DNA from: an uncultured Bacteroidales bacterium
GTDB lineage: Bacteria > Bacteroidota > Bacteroidia > Bacteroidales > UBA3824
NCBI GenBank assembly: GCA_905233995.1
Contig: CAJOGF010000002.1
Span: 23,661 to 70,580 of the forward strand
DNA: 46,920 nucleotides
Direction: 5' to 3'
Both the position numbers and the translations under genes were made by a program. Below, one piece after another: positions 41,767-46,920 of this stretch (position 1 is its first letter; each line of letters begins with the position of its first letter). Under the pieces are notes generated by a model, which did not search any database, was not told the DNA's origin, and was given only the letters and a program-made list of their open reading frames with translations.

Positions 41767-44700
41767 ATTGAAGATTTTTAGCCGAAACAGTTTGTTCGGA
41801 AGAAGTCTTTTGATTATCATCACCAAAAGTAACACTTGTTGCAGTAGAACGCCATGTACCAACAAAGATTGTTGGGTTAGGATTGTTACCGCTAAGCAAT
41901 GCTTGGTCTTCGCAAATACCAGTCTCGTCAGCAGTTGTTTTGGCAATAGCCTCTGCATAACGGTTGAGAATGGTAACATGAGCATCAGCATGACAACCCG
42001 GCATAGCGTCAGAAGTAATTCTCCAAGTAAGTCTTGCATCTTTGTTAGGCTCAAGCCCCTTGATTGTAGCAGTTGCGTCATTATCAGCAGAAGAAACAAA
42101 TACTAACTGCTCGTTGCCACTATCATTAATCCACTCACCCGTTGCACCGTTAAGAGTAGATGATGTAATTGTAACTTCTTGATCTTTAGAAGCACAAACT
42201 TCTTTTTCAGTATCGCTAACTTGAGGAGCAACGTTCTTAACGTCAACCGAAGCAGTTGCAGTACAACTATTTCTTTCAACCGTCCAAGTCAAAGATGCCA
42301 TTGTATTAGAACCCTCGAACGCAAAACCTGAATTACCTTTGGTTTTGTCAGCAACTTTAATAATACTTTCATCGTATGTCCAAAGACCTATTGCACCGTC
42401 AGCCTCCAAAGAACCAGTTGAACCACAAACATTACGTTTACCAACTTTGCCGTCCTTACCAGTCGGGTCTGCAAAAGTTGTAAAGGTATTGTTGATGAAA
42501 CTTACATCTTTAGAAGTTTGACATGTAGGATTTTCTGTATTAGTAAGAGTCCAAGTGAAAGTATATCTATCATCTTGAACTCGTTTAATGCCACTAACAA
42601 CAAGTTCTTTGTTGGTTGCATCAGTAATATCACCAATTGCCAAACCAGCGATTTCGCCACCTTGTGGAACATCTTTCAACGCCCACTGACCAGTCCAACC
42701 TGTCTGAATGTCAGAAGCGGTAAGAATGGTTTCGTCCTTACAAATGATATTGTTGGAAGTTTTGGAATCCTTAACAGTAATAGTAGGCTCTGAAGTAAGC
42801 ATTTGATTCTTAATGCTTACGTACGCTGTTTTATGATTTGTAGCATTTCCGTTATCATCGGTTTCTCCGCAATGTGAATTTTCGTCAGATGATGTTACAA
42901 CCCATTTAAACTTATAGTTTCCGTTAGTAAGATTTCCAACCGTAGTACGGAAATTATTTGCGTTAGCAAAAGTAGGCTCTTCTGCATCAGCAGGTTTGCT
43001 TTCTACCGACCATTTACCAGTTGCACCATTGTATTGAGCAGGATCCACTGCTGAAAGTTCAAATTCATCATCACAGATAACTTGACCATTAGGTGTATTG
43101 ATTTTAGCCTCAAAATAATCTACGTTGAAAGTTTTTGATACTGAAATAGGACAAGTTGTCTTGCTTGGATGACCTTCGTTGTTTGCAGTAACAGTCCAAG
43201 TTACGGTATGCTCTCCATAAGTCATACCGCTAATTGTATTAGTTTTAGCAGTAGAATTACTCATAGAAACACCAGAAGTTTGGTCAATTGTCCATTCACC
43301 TTTTGCAGTAGACGGAGTATAGTTGTCAGCCATAAACGTATAGGCTGTCTCACAAATACTACCAATTGTACCCTCCTCAATAATAGGAGCAGTAATCATA
43401 ACACTCTTAGGCATGTTGTTGACAATCTCAATTTGAGCATCATCAACACAACCACCCGGAGAAGTTACAGTCCAAGTAAATACAGTAGATTTTGTATTGT
43501 CAAGGTTAGTAACTTTAGCATTTTTGTTGGTCATATCTTCTGCCGAAATAACAGCCGAAGCAGTATTAGGATAAGACCAAACACCAGTATATTCAACACC
43601 TTTAACAGCAGACGGTAAGTCAGCGGTCATGATGTAAGAATCAGAACAGTCGGTAACAACTTTATCAGCACCAGCATTTGCCTCGAAACCTTCGTTGTCG
43701 ATTTCAAGGTAATCTTCGTCCATACACTCTTTGTAACCACTTGCAGTAGTAGCATCTGTTACAGACATAATCTTATTGTAAAGAGTATATGTTATCTTAG
43801 CAGTTTTTTGCATTCCAACACCAAAAAGTTCTGTGTTTGGACCTGTTGAAGCTGAAAGTGTTCCGTCAACAATTGACCAATTTGCATACGAAGTTTCATT
43901 ATCACCTGTTCCAGCAAGACGAATTTTTTGTGTTTCTGAACACAATGTAACATCGTCAGTTTTGATGATAGAAGCCTTAATCTTATGATTGGTGATATAC
44001 AAATCATCAGTCATTTCACAAGCCGAACCATTAAACTTCTTACCACTCTGAACGTGCCATACAAGATGAGTTTCAGAAAGTGTTAAACCGCTAACTTTAG
44101 CATTAGCATTGTCGGTTGTGGTTAAGTCTTCTGCACCGAAATTGCCCGAACCTGAAACTGTCCACCAAGCCTTTTCGTATTCAGTAGAAGTATAAGGATT
44201 AAGATTATAATAATCGTAACAATCAGCAATTGTTTTAACTGGAATTTCAGCATCAAAACCTTTATCTGCGTTAACCTTAGTGTTGAGGACTTTAACACGG
44301 ATTTGTGCTGAACTTTCACATTTGGTATTAACAGTTGTGCTACCTGTTATAGTATTATTATCACCCTTTACAACATTCCAAGAGAAAATGTAAGTACCAG
44401 AAGCAGTAAGATTAGAGAATGTAATCTCGTTTGCAGCACCATTTGCAAGAACCGAAGAAATATTTTTAACGTCAATTCCAGCAGGTGCTTTTACTATTTT
44501 CCAAGTACCTATTGCATTATTGTTTTGGGTAATGTCGTTTGCACGGATAGTAATTTGATCGCCGCAAAGCGGATATTCATAGTCAGGAGTGAAAATTGCT
44601 TTGTTTTCGTCTGACTGTGTTGATTGTCCGTCAACAACAACAATTTGAGCATCAACTTGATTGTTGTAAAGTTTTATAGTTTGCTTGTTGGTACATTTCA

Positions 44701-46920
44701 AATCGCCTTCGCCCTTAGAAACATTCCAAATATACTCTGTACCGTCCTTAGAAGGCTTAACGGTAATAGCAGGACTTGTTAAGTCTTCTGACAAAATAGT
44801 AGTATTTGTTGACCAATTGTGTTTAACATTATCGCCCCAAGATTCTTTCGGGTCAGGAACAGAAATTACATGTTCACCACAAACGTATTGTTCGTAATCC
44901 TTGCCTACTCCAACATAGTTGTAAGTCAAAACAATAGGGTCAGATGTCTTAGGACATTTTGACGAAATTGCAACATTCCAATATACATTGTTTTCACCTT
45001 GGTTGAAACCTTTGGCGTAAACAACTGGTTCAGAATTATTTTCTTCACCCTCACAAGCCTCGTCAAGATAGAATTTAACACCCTTAGTGTCAGAAGTCCA
45101 ATAACCATAAACACCGTTAGAACCTGTAACAGGAGTAGCGTTCAACTTAACAATTTCATCGCAAAGAACGCCTGAAGTTGTGGTTGGAAGCGGAGTTCCC
45201 GGATCAACGTTGTCAATAGTTACGGTTTTAGATACTTTACACTCTTGACCTTTTTCATCGGTTGGAGTAATAGTCCAAGTAAGAACATTTTCACGCGGTT
45301 CAAGACCTTTAACTATTGCTGCAAAATTAGACGGATTTTCTGTTACGCCGTCAGCATCATAGAATTTAACATTTGTACTTGTAGAAGACCATTTACCAGT
45401 ATAACCATTAGGCAAAACGGCTCCAAGTTGTGCTGTTTTATCACAAACTTCTTGGTCAACACCCGCATTAATAGCACTGTAACCATAATTGTAAACCATT
45501 ACAGTGGTTGAATTTTGACAAGCGTCTGCTTTGTTTTTGTCGCTAATAACAACCCATTTCAATTCTACCTGCGAATTGTCGCCCATACCGCTGAATGTAG
45601 TAGCAGCATTGGTTTCATCTGCAAGGAGAATACCTGAAGCAGGTTTTTCCCAATGACCTTGTGCCGGTTCGGTAGGTGTAGAAGCAGACAACTGACCTTC
45701 ACCATTACAAGTTACAACTTGAGGAACTGCTTGAGCCTTAACGCTGTTATCGTTGATAATAACATCATCTTCGGCAGTACAGCCGTTTTTGTGAACTCTC
45801 CAAGTAAGATTCAAAGTCTTGTCGATACCAGAAACAGTTGCATTGTATTGAGAACTATTTGCGGAGAACTGAACATTACCTTCAGCACCTCTAATAATCC
45901 AAACTGCATAATCATTTTCACCAAGTTCACCCGGATAATCAGCACTAAGAGTGGTCTCGGTTGAACAGATGTCCATAATGTTAGCCTCACCCTCTGCGTT
46001 AAGAGTATAAGCGTCAACTGTGAAAGTATTGTTGTTAACAACAAAATCTTTGTAAGAAGGCTCACATTCATGACCTGCTTGACCGTTGGTAACTGTCCAA
46101 CGGAAAATATATACGCCCGGTTCATTTAAACCAGAAGTAAGTTCAACTTCGTTTTCGTTGTTGTCGGCTTTAGCGGTCTTTGTGTCAAGAACAGCATTCA
46201 AGTCTGCCATATTAGCATTGTTGTTAGGAGTTTGAATACAAGACCACTTACCAGTAGCATAAGGATATTGTTTCAACGACTGACCCTTCAAAGTAACTCT
46301 TACGTTACCAGAAGCAGGGTTGCAGATTGAAACTTTGTCATCTCCTTGAAGCGAAGCAATAAGTTTGTTGTTGTAAACGGTCATATAGTCGGTGCTTTCG
46401 CAACCAACAAATTGTTTTTCACCGTTTTTATCAACGATTTCGCGGTTACTCTTAACCTGCCATGTAAAACGAACACCGCTTGCCAAAACAGGTATTTCAG
46501 TAACCTTAATGTCTTTTGTATATGCTTGATTTATATTATCACCAGCAGCAATTGTAACATCGTTGTATACAACTGCGCTGCTTGCTGTCCAATAACCATC
46601 GTAATCAACAGTATTTGGCAAATCAGGTGTCGGAAGGTCGTATGTACCATCACAAGTGTAATCCTCTTCCTTAGAAAGTTCGGTTGAAGCACCATTGTAG
46701 TTAACATAAACAACATCTTCGCTGGTACAAGTTACATTATCACCTTTGTGATCCTCTGTTGTACGAGTAATTGTCCAAGAATAACGATTTTCACCATCAC
46801 TCAAAGCGGTAACGGTGGTTTGGTGTTCGTTTTTAGAACCAAATGCACCAGAACCAAATCCTGAAACAACATCCCATGTTCCACTTTCACCAATGTTAGT
46901 GTTAGCGGCTTGTGCTGTCA
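17812..46920 (-). repeat. Array of a 12-domain (~1,125-aa, ~3.38-kb) super-repeat; 9 A-type domain copies in the window, continuing beyond the right edge
   Basis: The Trp codon of the A-type domain motif (Y.F.W.V) recurs at 44378, 40903, 37561, 34177, 30793, 27418, 24043, 20623 and 17866. The spacings are 3475, 3342, 3384, 3384, 3375, 3375, 3420 and 2757 nt. Confidence 0.85.
41711..46920 (-). CDS. Giant repeat surface protein, upstream part (5' end outside the window)
   Basis: The ORF track begins at TTG 46804, but the same frame stays open to the window edge. Positions 46805-46920 translate to TAQAANTNIGESGTWDVVSGFGSGAFGSKNEHQTTVTA, which continues the domain pattern. It has the same domain family and the same domain order as the downstream ORF. 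Confidence 0.85.
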   Translation of the reverse strand, partial: TAQAANTNIGESGTWDVVSGFGSGAFGSKNEHQTTVTALSDGENRYSWTITRTTEDHKGDNVTCTSEDVVYVNYNGASTELSKEEDYTCDGTYDLPTPDLPNTVDYDGYWTASSAVVYNDVTIAAGDNINQAYTKDIKVTEIPVLASGVRFTWQVKSNREIVDKNGEKQFVGCESTDYMTVYNNKLIASLQGDDKVSICNPASGNVRVTLKGQSLKQYPYATGKWSCIQTPNNNANMADLNAVLDTKTAKADNNENEVELTSGLNEPGVYIFRWTVTNGQAGHECEPSYKDFVVNNNTFTVDAYTLNAEGEANIMDICSTETTLSADYPGELGENDYAVWIIRGAEGNVQFSANSSQYNATVSGIDKTLNLTWRVHKNGCTAEDDVIINDNSVKAQAVPQVVTCNGEGQLSASTPTEPAQGHWEKPASGILLADETNAATTFSGMGDNSQVELKWVVISDKNKADACQNSTTVMVYNYGYSAINAGVDQEVCDKTAQLGAVLPNGYTGKWSSTSTNVKFYDADGVTENPSNFAAIVKGLEPRENVLTWTITPTDEKGQECKVSKTVTIDNVDPGTPLPTTTSGVLCDEIVKLNATPVTGSNGVYGYWTSDTKGVKFYLDEACEGEENNSEPVVYAKGFNQGENNVYWNVAISSKCPKTSDPIVLTYNYVGVGKDYEQYVCGEHVISVPDPKESWGDNVKHNWSTNTTILSEDLTSPAITVKPSKDGTEYIWNVSKGEGDLKCTNKQTIKLYNNQVDAQIVVVDGQSTQSDENKAIFTPDYEYPLCGDQITIRANDITQNNNAIGTWKIVKAPAGIDVKNISSVLANGAANEITFSNLTASGTYIFSWNVVKGDNNTITGSTTVNTKCESSAQIRVKVLNTKVNADKGFDAEIPVKTIADCYDYYNLNPYTSTEYEKAWWTVSGSGNFGAEDLTTTDNANAKVSGLTLSETHLVWHVQSGKKFNGSACEMTDDLYITNHKIKASIIKTDDVTLCSETQKIRLAGTGDNETSYANWSIVDGTLSASTGPNTELFGVGMQKTAKITYTLYNKIMSVTDATTASGYKECMDEDYLEIDNEGFEANAGADKVVTDCSDSYIMTADLPSAVKGVEYTGVWSYPNTASAVISAEDMTNKNAKVTNLDNTKSTVFTWTVTSPGGCVDDAQIEIVNNMPKSVMITAPIIEEGTIGSICETAYTFMADNYTPSTAKGEWTIDQTSGVSMSNSTAKTNTISGMTYGEHTVTWTVTANNEGHPSKTTCPISVSKTFNVDYFEAKINTPNGQVICDDEFELSAVDPAQYNGATGKWSVESKPADAEEPTFANANNFRTTVGNLTNGNYKFKWVVTSSDENSHCGETDDNGNATNHKTAYVSIKNQMLTSEPTITVKDSKTSNNIICKDETILTASDIQTGWTGQWALKDVPQGGEIAGLAIGDITDATNKELVVSGIKRVQDDRYTFTWTLTNTENPTCQTSKDVSFINNTFTTFADPTGKDGKVGKRNVCGSTGSLEADGAIGLWTYDESIIKVADKTKGNSGFAFEGSNTMASLTWTVERNSCTATASVDVKNVAPQVSDTEKEVCASKDQEVTITSSTLNGATGEWINDSGNEQLVFVSSADNDATATIKGLEPNKDARLTWRITSDAMPGCHADAHVTILNRYAEAIAKTTADETGICEDQALLSGNNPNPTIFVGTWRSTATSVTFGDDNQKTSSEQTVSAKNLQYGDNDNAVLRCSFRTSYH

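Noticed and set aside
41735-41767. Programmed +1 ribosomal frameshift joining the two giant ORFs.
   Set aside because: There is no slippery heptamer, no in-frame stop or rare codon at the shift site, and no obvious stimulatory structure. In addition, part of the domain (the W-containing strand) seems to be missing, which points to a deletion or assembly error.
41767-42099. The first ~111 codons of the 10,617-aa ORF (MFLLLIMTQLLQSRGLSL...) are hydrophobic and could be taken for a signal peptide or the true N-terminus.
   Set aside because: This stretch is an out-of-frame reading of sequence whose real coding frame is the upstream ORF 41711..46920. That ORF carries the repeat-domain motifs here, whereas the 10,617-aa frame shows no domain pattern until about 41750.
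10246-46920. The giant ORF as an artefact of repeat collapse or concatenation, or as several adjacent genes.
   Set aside because: Super-repeat copies are strongly diverged, at roughly 35-45% aa identity by eye, so an assembler would not confuse them. There are no internal stops other than the single frame break, no internal CTDs or signal peptides, and no intergenic gaps. Only long reads can fully exclude misassembly.

Overview
AT-rich window that looks bacterial, most likely Bacteroidota. The basis is a short 286-aa RpoD starting [15 protein letters not shown], TAnnTTTG -7 promoter boxes, a PDDEXK_2/Rpn-like gene and a T9SS type-B C-terminal sorting domain. The left ~10 kb is ordinary housekeeping: rpoD, an LtaS/sulfatase-family membrane enzyme, a DUF1292-like acidic protein, a PD-(D/E)XK nuclease-family protein carrying a near-perfect 63-bp in-frame tandem repeat, serine O-acetyltransferase, a gamma-carbonic-anhydrase-like hexapeptide protein, a frameshifted SNF2 helicase and a small hypothetical gene. 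The other ~36.7 kb (10246..46920, minus strand) is one continuous coding region for a giant cell-surface protein. At least 12,200 codons are visible, and the 5' end runs off the right edge of the window. It is interrupted by a single frame break near 41.74 kb. Read N- to C-terminus, it has four parts. (1) At least 9 copies of a ~3.38-kb (~1,125-aa) super-repeat, each made of 12 distinct ~94-aa two-cysteine domains in a fixed order. (2) A non-periodic tail of 23 related domains. (3) Four PKD-like domains. (4) A ~100-aa T9SS type-B (gliding-motility-associated, CHU_C/TIGR04131-like) sorting domain. No tRNA, rRNA, CRISPR array or IS element was recognised. All family assignments come from motif recognition by eye, because no HMM or BLAST search could be run.
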